Shown one piece after another: positions 9,369 to 19,547 of a stretch of 64,000 nt of DNA. Source of the DNA: a virus. Its lineage: Duplodnaviria > Caudoviricetes. Location: IMG/VR virus record IMGVR_UViG_3300036944_001223, positions 498 through 64,497 of that record. The stretch is one strand, 5' to 3'. Within the stretch, counting starts at the first letter, position 1. The number at the start of each line of letters is the position of its first letter. Under the pieces are notes generated by a model that worked only from the letters and a program-made list of their open reading frames with translations, was not told the DNA's origin and searched no databases. A program made the position numbers and the translations under genes.

Positions 9369-10063
9369 CGCGTCCCCTGCCCTTTTTCAAAAAAATCAAT
9401 GTACTTTTCGCGTCTCACATAAATGACATTTGAGACATATTCACGGTTTATGTGGAAAAAAGACTGACGATATCCTGGTCTTGGCATTTTAGATTTTAAG
9501 CTTGTCAGCTCTACATTGCCGGTCCACTTGCTAGGATCGCAGAGGTCAGTGTTAGCGCATAACCTCCTATCTTGCAATAACCCTCCTTCGCCGCCATTGT
9601 AAGCTGAGAGCGTAAAGCTGAGCTGATCTATCTCTGACGCCGCGCCTTTTTGCCTCTTGTATATCGAATGATCCATCTCGACAATAGCAGTTAATTGATA
9701 CACTGGATCAGCCCATCGCGCGGTAGTCCACCCGCGTAACGACGGAAACCTTAGCCTAAGCTCTTCTTGCTTATCAAACCTAACAGTGCCATCGGAATTA
9801 TATGCTGTAGTGACTTGGCCTAAGCCGCGCCCCCATTCTCTGCTAGTTTTTAGCTGAACATTTGGATTCCAGCACTTGGAGTGAGTCAGGCTTATGCAGC
9901 TTTCTTGCTCGACCTGAGAAGCCAAGAAAGAAGGTATAGGTGCATCTGGCCATATCTTTTGCTGAGAACATAATAGTGTCGGCAAATGCTCAGCGGCTCG
10001 CGCCGGTAGATCTTGAGCAAAGGCATTAAAACTTAATGCTGCCAGCAAAATAATCAGCTTCAT
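9359..10063 (-). CDS. Lytic transglycosylase endolysin with signal peptide
   Basis: QVEQES catalytic Glu, GLGQ, SAYNGG, NREYV; N-terminal signal peptide ending AFA. Confidence 0.9.
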   Translation of the reverse strand: MKLIILLAALSFNAFAQDLPARAAEHLPTLLCSQQKIWPDAPIPSFLASQVEQESCISLTHSKCWNPNVQLKTSREWGRGLGQVTTAYNSDGTVRFDKQEELRLRFPSLRGWTTARWADPVYQLTAIVEMDHSIYKRQKGAASEIDQLSFTLSAYNGGEGGLLQDRRLCANTDLCDPSKWTGNVELTSLKSKMPRPGYRQSFFHINREYVSNVIYVRREKYIDFFEKGQGTRCK

Positions 10064-10065
10064 GA

Positions 10066-10386
10066 CTATGCCTTAACCCACATTACTAACGCCATAAAAA
10101 CGATAGCAACAAATAATACTATAGCGGATGCTAGAACAGCTGCTGCCATATTGCCTTTTTCAGTTAAGATGATCAGCTTAGTTAGTTCGATCCTATGAAA
10201 CACGATACGAGATACAACTACGGCAATCCCAGCCATAATTGGTGAAAAAACAGTCCAGTCTACTAGAGTTTTTGCCATAGCAGGGTCAATAAAATACATT
10301 ACCAATAACGCAGGAACTATCAGAATTAATGCTGATTTATCAATTAACGCCCTAAGACGTTTACTTAAACTTTCAAATTTACTCAT
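10066..10386 (-). CDS. Putative holin (3 TM)
   Basis: Three hydrophobic segments directly upstream of endolysin; ATG 10386 with GAGGG RBS. Confidence 0.7.
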   Translation of the reverse strand: MSKFESLSKRLRALIDKSALILIVPALLVMYFIDPAMAKTLVDWTVFSPIMAGIAVVVSRIVFHRIELTKLIILTEKGNMAAAVLASAIVLFVAIVFMALVMWVKA

Positions 10387-10388
10387 GA

Positions 10389-10431
10389 AAAATGCCCTCA
10401 ATTGTCATTAAGGGCATTTTGTCATCACGAC
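10389..10431 (-). promoter_or_regulatory. Putative late promoter of lysis operon overlapping a 14-bp hairpin
   Basis: GTCGTGATGA-CAAAAT (10431-10416); stem 10389-10420 with one G-U pair. Confidence 0.7.
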
Positions 10432-12926
10432 TAAATTAGATGAAAAACTACATCTGATAAGTCAATTAAGTCAAGGTGTATTGATACGGTATCAACTGGC
10501 AAATTAAAAGCGTAAACATTTCCATCTGGGCCAAACATAACATTAGCTGATCCTGATGGGTTGCCATTAGAAAGTATTGGAGTAGCTGAACTATACTTTG
10601 TAACCGCTGGCCATAAATGCTTTGGTAACTGCATAAAAGGAGTGCCTTCAGGAACATTAGAATCGACTAAATCCAACAGATCAACTGTACCAGTTATTAC
10701 AGATGCTTTTAATGACGGCCTTGAATTAACTCCAAATCCATTTCTCATCCAGCTTGGCGGTACTAGCTCAAAAGGAACGTGATTAGTATCATCAAACTGA
10801 TGAAGTGCCCCCACTATTGATTCTGCTAAACCTAAACCAAGCATATTCACAGCGTATGGTGTAGGGTGAATATTATCAACAACTATGGGGTCTATTTCCA
10901 CACCAGTAACAGATGCATCTAACCATGATGCGGTAACAGGACCGTAATTTTTCATCGACTGTAAATTAATTAATGCCCCAGCATTTGCAACAGCTCTTAT
11001 CAATATAGATCTATAAGTGTGACCTACTTCATTATAAGTAGTATTTTGCCCACCCGTCTGACCGTGAGCATTAGCTTCTGCTTTTGAATAATATTGAGTC
11101 GGGATGCCAACTATAGCTATTGTTCCAACTGATTTGCAATAATTACACATCGCAACTATTGAGTTGCTAAATGCAGTTATATCAGTAAGACCTTGAATGT
11201 CATTAACGCCAATCTGTATTAAACAGAAATCATATCCAACACCAATAGTTTGCAATATTGCTAATTGCTCAGCAACTTTTTGACCTGCAACAGCAATATT
11301 ATTTAATTCTGATAACTGTATTCCTTGCGATTGCAATATACTTGCCATGACTCTAAAAGGTGAATATTGTACATTATTATCAGAAATTGAATCTCCAACA
11401 CCAATTATTCTTAATGGTTTGCTTCCGCCAGTTGAATTACTTAACACTAAAGATGGTTGACTAATGTACGTGGTTCCTGAAATATTTTCAGTACCCATCA
11501 TCACCCCTGTAATATTAGATTTTGTATTGTATGTCCCTACAACTAAACCATTACATAAAACGCTAAATTTTCTTTCTGAAATAACTCTAACACTCATTAA
11601 AGAGTTGTTGAATAAATCCCTTTGTTGGTTAAGCAATGCTCTTGGCACGCCTTGAATTAATGCGGGCTCACCGGTAACGGCTTCAACTAATGTTACCGCT
11701 TGAGTTGCTGAGCTTTGAGAGTAGTATGCATATCCATTAAGCGTCTTTACTCCGGCAAAAAAAACTCCTGATACAGAGTTAGACATTAAAGCAAATATTT
11801 CTTGATTAACTTTGCAGTTTCTTAATGCAGCTATGGTTTTTCCAGTTCCATCAAAAGATATGCTATCACTACTTGAACTAATAGGCGCTTCAGTGTTGTC
11901 TGGATCTGAAAGGTTAACAACAACAAAATCTGAACCACTAAGAGATTTTGGTTTTGAATAAACACCTTGAGTTTGAGTTAATGTTGGAAGTGTTGAAGAT
12001 GGGCGTTTTTTTACAAATGGATGGCCGTAAGTGCTAAACCCAAAATTATGCTGAACCTTTAAAAGTTCTCGATTGTATTTCAATAAATCATTATTAGCAA
12101 AAGGGCTGTTTGAAATCCCTCCGCTATAAACAATCCTTAAAGATACACCTTCATCTGCAACTATTTCAACTGGATAGTATACCGGAGTAGTATCGTCTCC
12201 GTTGATTAAATATTGCCCGGTTTGTTTTTTTGGTAAATAAAGTTTTCCGCCACCCATTAAATTTAATTGAGTAAATGCAGAAGAAAATGCTGACAAGTTA
12301 TTAGTAGTCAATAAAGTTCCATCATTATCATCGACTCCACCATGATCAAAGATGTTAATAGTATCACGAGCTCTCGATAAAAGATCTCGCTCTACTCCTG
12401 CGACAACTTCCGCTTTTATCGTAGATGCAGGTTTTGGAAGAGCTTGTATTGCTACAACTCTTTTACTATCACCAGGAGTATCTGGAGTAGTAATAGGATC
12501 TATTCCAGCTGCACTCGCTAACGTATCTGTAAAAGCTTTCCAATCGTCAATATCTTGCTGTACATTCCCGCCATTTTTATTTAAAAGCCTGTCCGCAGGT
12601 ACAGGTATCTCTGATAAATCAGTCCACCCCTCGTCTGGAAGCATTCCTGCTCCTACGATTTTAGGAAAGGATCCATCCCACCGAAAAACTTTACCTAATC
12701 CAGAAGACAAAAGGCAATCCGTAGGATATTGTAAAACCCCACCAGTTTCAAATGAACCAGAAACCAATTTATAACCAAATGAATTATAAATTCTTTTTGT
12801 CAACTCAAAAACATTTACATCTGCAGTGCTAAATGTTTGCTGAATTCTAACGACGTCTACGCTAAGGTCATTATCAGCGTTAGGCAAAGGAAGCCCTAAA
12901 TTAGTCGTTACATTATCAATAGTCAT
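10431..12926 (-). CDS. Tailspike/receptor-binding protein with SGNH esterase domain
   Basis: N-terminal anchor (T.NLGLPLP); GSFETGG...WDGSFPK tailspike module; GDSIS, IGVND, DNIHP SGNH blocks. Confidence 0.85.
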   Translation of the reverse strand: MTIDNVTTNLGLPLPNADNDLSVDVVRIQQTFSTADVNVFELTKRIYNSFGYKLVSGSFETGGVLQYPTDCLLSSGLGKVFRWDGSFPKIVGAGMLPDEGWTDLSEIPVPADRLLNKNGGNVQQDIDDWKAFTDTLASAAGIDPITTPDTPGDSKRVVAIQALPKPASTIKAEVVAGVERDLLSRARDTINIFDHGGVDDNDGTLLTTNNLSAFSSAFTQLNLMGGGKLYLPKKQTGQYLINGDDTTPVYYPVEIVADEGVSLRIVYSGGISNSPFANNDLLKYNRELLKVQHNFGFSTYGHPFVKKRPSSTLPTLTQTQGVYSKPKSLSGSDFVVVNLSDPDNTEAPISSSSDSISFDGTGKTIAALRNCKVNQEIFALMSNSVSGVFFAGVKTLNGYAYYSQSSATQAVTLVEAVTGEPALIQGVPRALLNQQRDLFNNSLMSVRVISERKFSVLCNGLVVGTYNTKSNITGVMMGTENISGTTYISQPSLVLSNSTGGSKPLRIIGVGDSISDNNVQYSPFRVMASILQSQGIQLSELNNIAVAGQKVAEQLAILQTIGVGYDFCLIQIGVNDIQGLTDITAFSNSIVAMCNYCKSVGTIAIVGIPTQYYSKAEANAHGQTGGQNTTYNEVGHTYRSILIRAVANAGALINLQSMKNYGPVTASWLDASVTGVEIDPIVVDNIHPTPYAVNMLGLGLAESIVGALHQFDDTNHVPFELVPPSWMRNGFGVNSRPSLKASVITGTVDLLDLVDSNVPEGTPFMQLPKHLWPAVTKYSSATPILSNGNPSGSANVMFGPDGNVYAFNLPVDTVSIHLDLIDLSDVVFHLI

Positions 12927-12946
12927 TATCTTTTTCCTTATGAAAT

Positions 12947-14161
12947 TTAAGTCACGCTGACTCTTAGATTTTTAACAAATGGCCGAGAGGCCGCATTTCC
13001 ATTTAAAGTTAGCTTAGTCCTTAAATTAGCTTCATTAGTCCCTGTTATATAAAATTGAAATTCAAACCAATCGTCACCTAATGGTATTGGAGAGCCATAA
13101 GATGGAACAGGCACCCATGTATCTCCGGGGTCTGTTCCCGATATCTGAACAGCAACAGAAGCCCCTGACGGGATTAAAGCATCAATAATTATTTTGACAT
13201 TTGATCCTGCAGCATCGGCTGGCATAGCCCTAGATACATAATCAGCAGAATTTGATAACGTTCCTGAAATTATTTGAGCACCAGGCGCTATCATAGCCGA
13301 AGCTTGAGAGTTTGCTTTCAAACGAGCTTTAACCCCAACATCTCCTGTTATTCCGGCCGCTAAACGGATAACTTGACTGTCACCAGTTGAAATTACTGAG
13401 CTGTCAGGAAGAGTTAGCAAAATGTCACTTGTCGCAGAAGTTGTTGGATTATCTGTGACGGCTAAAACAATCAAATCAGTAGCATTAGTAACGGATACTG
13501 TGCCAAGATCAATAATTCTTTCAGTTTGATTATATTTTGCAGCTAAAAGCCTAAATGTAAGATCTCGATCTTGATGCGGTGTCCAAGTGCTTGCATTGCT
13601 TGAGCTAAGTAACACTCCTACTTGATATGGTTGATTGGTCACCCATCTTGAGTTTGTTTCGTCATACTTCCCAAGCTCAGCTACAGCAACAGAAGATACT
13701 GCGTCATTACATAAAACAACAATTGCATATTCAATGTTAGCTTGAATAGTAATCGGCAACTCAAAACTAAATCTATTCCAATTATTTACATTTATTGCTG
13801 CTGGTTTAAGACGGCACTCAGCAATCACAGATGAAGTCGGCAGACCAACTTGCGTCTCTCTTATTTGCAATATGATGTCACTAGAACCTTTTGCTGTCAC
13901 AAAAATATCTGCGCCGCCAAGCTGCGTTAAAGTTGGTAAAGAAAAGGTTTGCGCAAGCGGATCTACCGGGAAAAACCGCTGAGTAATTGTAGTGATACTT
14001 TGTCTAGCTTCTTGAACTAAATCACCTTGACCAAAAAATGATGCAGATCCAGAGCTGCCACCGGAACCATTAAAAATAACGGCTTTAGCTCCAGCTAAAA
14101 CGTTTGCTGGAATAGTAAACTTACCCTGAACTACGCCCTGTGAATCAGCTGTTACTGACAT
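12947..14161 (-). CDS. Baseplate/tail protein, C-terminal part of a DUF4815/VrlC-like protein
   Basis: G.FTIP, DPLAQTF, SSNASTWT.HQD.DL.F motifs; AGAGG RBS before ATG 14161. Confidence 0.75.
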   Translation of the reverse strand: MSVTADSQGVVQGKFTIPANVLAGAKAVIFNGSGGSSGSASFFGQGDLVQEARQSITTITQRFFPVDPLAQTFSLPTLTQLGGADIFVTAKGSSDIILQIRETQVGLPTSSVIAECRLKPAAINVNNWNRFSFELPITIQANIEYAIVVLCNDAVSSVAVAELGKYDETNSRWVTNQPYQVGVLLSSSNASTWTPHQDRDLTFRLLAAKYNQTERIIDLGTVSVTNATDLIVLAVTDNPTTSATSDILLTLPDSSVISTGDSQVIRLAAGITGDVGVKARLKANSQASAMIAPGAQIISGTLSNSADYVSRAMPADAAGSNVKIIIDALIPSGASVAVQISGTDPGDTWVPVPSYGSPIPLGDDWFEFQFYITGTNEANLRTKLTLNGNAASRPFVKNLRVSVT

Positions 14162-14171
14162 AAAAACCTCT

Positions 14172-16109
14172 TTACAATGGATTTGCTGTGACAGATATTC
14201 CGTCAAAAATTACGTTATTTAAAACTTCACCCGGTCCAAATCCTGAAATCTTAAATCCAACATCTATTTGCCTAAGATTTTGAATCAAACTTGAAGTAGT
14301 CTTAACTAATTGTGTCGATGCAGTAGTTGTCACAGATGATCTATTACCCCAACCCTCAACAAATCTTTGTGTTATTGGTGATAGCCATACCGAATTTACT
14401 TCCGTCCATCGATCAATAGCTGGATTGAGCTGCACGCCTGCCGGTAATAAACCAAAAGCCATATATGGATTTATTTTCATTCCGCCAGTCCGCAATTCTT
14501 GTTGCAGTATAGGTTCCAAAGTGTATCCGCAAGTTAACGCATTAGATAATGATATGGACGTATCTAAGGCCTCGCCGTCAATCGGCAAAGTAAGCACACC
14601 ATTGGATATTGCCGCAGTTTGAGATATCCCTTGGTCTCTTTGTAAGTCATCAAGAAAAGGATCTACAAATAACCCTTTTTGAGCTGAAGATTCCCTTTGC
14701 GTTATATCTCCAGAAAGTTTTTGCTGTGCAACTAAGTCAGTTATTGCATCAAGCCTGAAAAATAACTGCTCAATACTTGACATGGATACAGCTCTAACCC
14801 CGTCATTTAGCACCTGCCGAGCATTGGTCCAAGTCTGAACCACTTGCGCTAGTGCGATAAGATTGTTTGGCGTAGCGGGCCTTACAGGGCTGTAATCAGT
14901 AGACACTCCTTTAACCCAAATAAATTGCCCACTCTCATCAAGACATAAACGATCTATTCTGGGAAGTTTTGTATTGTAATCTGTTAAAACGAGAGTACCG
15001 ACCACTGCGTTAGCAATAGTAAATCCAGTATCATCAACATCTACAGGGGTGACGTCTGTTATGTGGCGATAAATAATATTAAAAGTAGAACCTGGTGCCG
15101 GCTCTGCGCCGGGCAATGACCAATCAACCTTGCCTGCAGTTAATTGATAATCAGTACCTAGAATATAAGTAGTAGCTCCTTGAGTTACTGATTCAATAGA
15201 AATTACTGACGTATCTGGTATTGGATCTTGAGCCCCAGAAAAAGAACCGTGCACAATTGTTGTTGAGGTTTCTTTGGTAATTGACACCTGCTGTATGTTA
15301 GATATTGGAGGCCTATCAACATTTATTCTTTGCGATGAAACAGTTGTAGATGTTTTTGGTTCATTAGAAATAAACTTGAGCTCTGGATTAGCAGGATAAT
15401 TTAAACGAACAGATGTATTTAGCTCGATACCAAAACCGTTTACTCTAGCTCTGCCAGACTCAATATTGTAAACTTGATTTATGCCGTCATCGTTCATTTT
15501 AGAAACAATAAGCCCATTTACGACATAATTTGATCCTGCGCTATCTCTGTCATACCTTGCTATAGCTTGTGTTACACTATCAAGCTGAGGCGGTGGCTCT
15601 TTTGCTCGCTGAACACCATCTTCAATATAATAAACTGGGAAAAACTCTAAATTATTTGATGAATCTGTTGTTTGGAACCCCCAAGATGGATCAACTTTTA
15701 AGCGAGCAGCTCCTGGTTCATTATAATTACGAGTTCCTGCTGCTGGATCATTGAGAGATGCGTCAGTAATCTCTGTAACTATTGATTCTGTAAGAATAAT
15801 GCCTACAGCAACCGTTCCTATAGTCGGGATGTTTAAAGTGCCATCAGGAACCCCTCTAACGGCCCCCCTTAGGTAAATAGCGCCTGACTCACAAGTTACA
15901 TCACCATTAGATTGGTTAACGACTATGCGAGCGTCACGAATAATATCGCCATCTTTAAATAAGGCATCACCAAACTGTTTATCTCTATAAATTCCAGCTT
16001 GCTGTATTTCATTTATCTCAGAAGACTGCAAGACGTATCCTGACCTGAAAAGATGTTCTTCAAAATTTTTTGCAGGGTCAAAACGAGAGTAATAATCTAA
16101 TAATGTCAT
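14172..16109 (-). CDS. DUF4815-like baseplate/tail protein
   Basis: YY.RFDP.KNF...LF.SG..LQS.E.NE.Q, EPGAARLK, KGLFVDPF.DD, INPY motifs. Confidence 0.8.
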   Translation of the reverse strand: MTLLDYYSRFDPAKNFEEHLFRSGYVLQSSEINEIQQAGIYRDKQFGDALFKDGDIIRDARIVVNQSNGDVTCESGAIYLRGAVRGVPDGTLNIPTIGTVAVGIILTESIVTEITDASLNDPAAGTRNYNEPGAARLKVDPSWGFQTTDSSNNLEFFPVYYIEDGVQRAKEPPPQLDSVTQAIARYDRDSAGSNYVVNGLIVSKMNDDGINQVYNIESGRARVNGFGIELNTSVRLNYPANPELKFISNEPKTSTTVSSQRINVDRPPISNIQQVSITKETSTTIVHGSFSGAQDPIPDTSVISIESVTQGATTYILGTDYQLTAGKVDWSLPGAEPAPGSTFNIIYRHITDVTPVDVDDTGFTIANAVVGTLVLTDYNTKLPRIDRLCLDESGQFIWVKGVSTDYSPVRPATPNNLIALAQVVQTWTNARQVLNDGVRAVSMSSIEQLFFRLDAITDLVAQQKLSGDITQRESSAQKGLFVDPFLDDLQRDQGISQTAAISNGVLTLPIDGEALDTSISLSNALTCGYTLEPILQQELRTGGMKINPYMAFGLLPAGVQLNPAIDRWTEVNSVWLSPITQRFVEGWGNRSSVTTTASTQLVKTTSSLIQNLRQIDVGFKISGFGPGEVLNNVIFDGISVTANPL

Positions 16110-16119
16110 TTCAATAACC

Positions 16120-16602
16120 TTAAAATTGAACCACAAGTTCAAATTGTTGACGAATAGTCGGACTTCTATCTATTCTGTCAAAATGTTCAATAGTCAAAAT
16201 TCCGCCGGGAGAATCGACTTCAGAAGGCAAAAGATATTCTTGAGAAGGAGGGACTCCGCTTTTCAAAGTAGTCCCAATAAACACCGCAGCTTCACGAATA
16301 ACTTCAGTTGGTGAATCTAAAAAATCAAATGAAAACCTCATGTAAAGCCATTTTGTTGGAGTTTCTGAGATCGAGAACCTTCCAGATGGTACATATATCA
16401 AACCATTAACGTCTGGCACACAATAAGCTACTTGAGACGCTTTTCTTCTACCAAATTCAGCAGTTAGTGATTCTGCGTCTATATTCTCAGGCGGCCTTGA
16501 TGCATCCCAAGACGTATTACCTCGCCCCCATGCCAAGTGAAGCGTTTCATTTTTGATTGCGGTAGCCACGCTTGCTCTTCCGGGGTTAGTTAAAATTGCC
16601 AT
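16120..16602 (-). CDS. Baseplate protein
   Basis: MAILT..GR, HLAWG.G...W; position upstream of DUF4815-like gene. Confidence 0.7.
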   Translation of the reverse strand: MAILTNPGRASVATAIKNETLHLAWGRGNTSWDASRPPENIDAESLTAEFGRRKASQVAYCVPDVNGLIYVPSGRFSISETPTKWLYMRFSFDFLDSPTEVIREAAVFIGTTLKSGVPPSQEYLLPSEVDSPGGILTIEHFDRIDRSPTIRQQFELVVQF

Positions 16603-16621
16603 ACGTCCTCCATTTCACAAC

Positions 16622-16637
16622 AGTCTTGCATCACGAC
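16622..16637 (-). promoter_or_regulatory. Putative late promoter
   Basis: GTCGTGATGC-AAGACT, followed by GGAGG RBS and ATG 16602. Confidence 0.75.
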
Positions 16638-16654
16638 AAGCTATTATGATGCGG

Positions 16655-17791
16655 TTAATTTCCTAGCCAATTTATATCAGACCAAATCCCAGACTCAACC
16701 CAAGTGTAACCAAGTCTTTGACTTATAAGCATGCTTGCAGAATGAGGAGAAGAAGAATCAAAGACAAAATCATTCCATTGGCGATTATCCCAACCCCCAT
16801 CTTGCCAAGTAAAATTCCTGCCATTAACGTAAGTTCCATTACTAGATATTCCAAAATAATAATTTCTAATACACTGGCTTTCTGATAGGACAAGATTATC
16901 ACTTAACTTACAATCATCAGCAGACTTCACTAGATTTGAATGCTGAGCTTGTATCCCCATAAGAACTGTACCGTCGATTGATGCATCGACGAAAGTTGAC
17001 GGCCGTATTTCAGCATCAAGCACTATAATTCCTGAGGCTTTATTTCGCATTATAATGGGAATTACATCAGACCAATCTAATGGAATTAATGAAACAGGAC
17101 GAATTAAGTGATAACCAACTTTTTCACCATTATATAACTTTTTAGTGCCAGAGAGCTCAGAGTCATCAAGCCTGAACATTTCCCCCCAAGGCTCTTCGAT
17201 AATGACTCTTTTACCTGTCTCATCAAAAATAGCTTGCTCAATAGCAAAAGCATTTACTCTTTCCCTAAAAGCTTCCTTAGGTATCTGATTGGAATAATCA
17301 ATATCTATTTGGTTTTGTGATCTTTTATGATTATAAAGGTTTCCCCATAAATCAAGCCATTCACCTTCTGCTGAAGATATAACCATCTGTTTTATGGCTT
17401 CATCAATTTGTTTTTTTGCAATTTTAAGCTCTTTGCTATAAGCCCCAAAAAATGCATATATTAAATTAGTGAAACCATATAAAAAACCAGATTCGTTTTG
17501 ATTTCCTAATCCATCAGTTAACACCGTTGAATTAAAATCTAAGAAATCACTTGACACCGAGCCGACTTCAAATCCATCAGTTTGTAATTGAACGATCAAT
17601 TCAGCAATTGAAAGCTCTGGCAGACTATAATTGAATAATTGAACGCCATCACTGACAGATAGGGCTTCATTACTAACGGACCAACTGCAGCTGCCAAGCG
17701 GATTTCTCAACCTAAATGCCATTTGATCATAAGGACTGGTATCAAATACGTCTTTATGAGGATATTTTAAAAGCTTCTGTAAAGTAGCCAT
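16655..17791 (-). CDS. Baseplate wedge protein (P2 gpI-like)
   Basis: A.GEWLDLWG..Y...R motif; directly downstream of gpJ-like gene. Confidence 0.7.
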   Translation of the reverse strand: MATLQKLLKYPHKDVFDTSPYDQMAFRLRNPLGSCSWSVSNEALSVSDGVQLFNYSLPELSIAELIVQLQTDGFEVGSVSSDFLDFNSTVLTDGLGNQNESGFLYGFTNLIYAFFGAYSKELKIAKKQIDEAIKQMVISSAEGEWLDLWGNLYNHKRSQNQIDIDYSNQIPKEAFRERVNAFAIEQAIFDETGKRVIIEEPWGEMFRLDDSELSGTKKLYNGEKVGYHLIRPVSLIPLDWSDVIPIIMRNKASGIIVLDAEIRPSTFVDASIDGTVLMGIQAQHSNLVKSADDCKLSDNLVLSESQCIRNYYFGISSNGTYVNGRNFTWQDGGWDNRQWNDFVFDSSSPHSASMLISQRLGYTWVESGIWSDINWLGN

Positions 17792-18885
17792 TAAATCTCC
17801 GACAGTAAAATAGTACCGGGCTTAAGCACTTCAAGTTCAGCACAGACAATATTGCCGGTAATATTTAATACTACGGTATCAACACCTATTACGCTGGAAA
17901 TATCGGTTTCTAAGGAGCCAAGATAAAGAACTGTCCCCGGATTAACGTTTGATAATGTAGTTGCGAAAATCACAGTGATCTGCTGAGTTATAGCGCCATC
18001 AAGTACATATCCATTCAGCATTTTTATTTGAGCAGTTAACGGTATAAGTCTTTCGGTCATAGGTAAAGCATCTACTCTAATGCCTCCGGAACGATAGCCT
18101 GGTACAATTTCCTGAGTAAGCTGATCCCTTTTCCCATCAAGAAGAATTTGAGCATTAGCAATTAATTTTTCGGAAGGTAATCCATTAGATGAATAGAGAT
18201 AAATCCTTACATAACCAGGATTCTCAACTAAACCAGTTTTTGTTACATATTCAATGATATTGCCAACTTCATCAAGTACGACAGCCTGCTTAGCCCCATA
18301 AAGGCAAGCAGAATTTGTCCCTCTCGACAACGCAGCAATGTACTCAGAGAACCTTGATTCTTGCTCATTATCAGTTTCAATATTGGCGCCATTATCAATT
18401 GCAGAGTTACTTACGCTATAACCCGCACCAAAAATAGGACTCTCACTAATAGCCCCAGCAGAAACGTTGTATGATGCACCAACAGCCGAGGCTTGGACTG
18501 GTATAATGCAAGATATTTCTCCAGCCAAAAAAGTCACTTCTGCCGTGCTTAAATATAAACGACCATCAGTAGTCCTAAACTCTGAACCAATTAATATGAC
18601 TAAGTTTTCTGTTTGAGGCACATCAGCTTCGATATAAACAAAACCGCGCGCAAATTTCGCTGGCAGCTTAGAGAAATTAAAAGACTTAAATGTGGCCACA
18701 GGTATAGCTTCTCGTAAACCTGTGAAAAATTGCAAGTATAGCTCTTCAATTTCTACAGCCGGGGCTTCTATCAGTGTTCTTGAAGCCGAACCCGGTATCC
18801 AATCTGTGATCTTTTTAGTCACGCTTCTAGCATGATTTATCATTGACGCCGTGATGGACGCAAAGTCCTTGATCTGGAAAGCCAA
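17791..18885 (-). CDS. Baseplate J-like wedge protein
   Basis: TDW.PGS..RTL.EA.A, G..YNV, G.N.ETD...RF...LSRGT; TTG start with GGTGG RBS. Confidence 0.9.
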   Translation of the reverse strand: MAFQIKDFASITASMINHARSVTKKITDWIPGSASRTLIEAPAVEIEELYLQFFTGLREAIPVATFKSFNFSKLPAKFARGFVYIEADVPQTENLVILIGSEFRTTDGRLYLSTAEVTFLAGEISCIIPVQASAVGASYNVSAGAISESPIFGAGYSVSNSAIDNGANIETDNEQESRFSEYIAALSRGTNSACLYGAKQAVVLDEVGNIIEYVTKTGLVENPGYVRIYLYSSNGLPSEKLIANAQILLDGKRDQLTQEIVPGYRSGGIRVDALPMTERLIPLTAQIKMLNGYVLDGAITQQITVIFATTLSNVNPGTVLYLGSLETDISSVIGVDTVVLNITGNIVCAELEVLKPGTILLSEI

Positions 18886-18920
18886 GATGCCACCATTTAT
18901 GAGATAAGATTTTATCAGTC

Positions 18921-18936
18921 AGTCTGACATCACGAC
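18921..18936 (-). promoter_or_regulatory. Putative late promoter
   Basis: GTCGTGATGT-CAGACT; its TGA is the stop codon of the upstream gene. Confidence 0.7.
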
Positions 18937-19547
18937 AGCTGGCTAATATCTATCTTAGCGCCCTCAATGGCTTCCGCTGTTGCAGAAATCCTCATAACAT
19001 CACCGACTGATTCGGCTGAAGAAAATGTGACTACTGATACCCTATAGTCAGCTTCTAAAGCAGATTTTACATATTCTGCCCCTAATGCTCCCGCCGCGGG
19101 GCCAGCAACAGATCCTTTGAGCTTCCAAACTAAGCACCCATATTCTGGATGCCTGTTTAGTTGGCCTTTCGTCGTAGTTACACGATGCTTTAGTTGCTGA
19201 GATAAATTTAATGTTCCGGCTGCAATAGATAGATCGCCAGTTTCATCAACAGTTAGCAACTTATTCGATAATAAACAGTCCCTCTCGTAAACTTGGCCTT
19301 TTTCAGCCTCGTCGGTGTAGACGCCAACAGGGGCCGGGACTTTTATTAATGAGCCAGTTATTTTGGTTGACTCTGTAACAAGTGATAGATCATCAGTTAA
19401 GTATGGGTAAACCAATTGATTTAACCACACTAACTCTGCCCATCTATTTGCGTCACCGAGCTCTCGTGATGCCACCGACTGTAAGGTATCAGATATGAAA
19501 GTTTCGACTAATCGATAATTTGGCTCACTTCGTTCAAATTCACTCAT
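18930..19547 (-). CDS. LysM-like plus gp25/gpW-like baseplate protein
   Basis: DTLQSVA.RELGDA.RW..L..LNQL; HPEYG; D.RV. Confidence 0.8.
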   Translation of the reverse strand: MSEFERSEPNYRLVETFISDTLQSVASRELGDANRWAELVWLNQLVYPYLTDDLSLVTESTKITGSLIKVPAPVGVYTDEAEKGQVYERDCLLSNKLLTVDETGDLSIAAGTLNLSQQLKHRVTTTKGQLNRHPEYGCLVWKLKGSVAGPAAGALGAEYVKSALEADYRVSVVTFSSAESVGDVMRISATAEAIEGAKIDISQLS

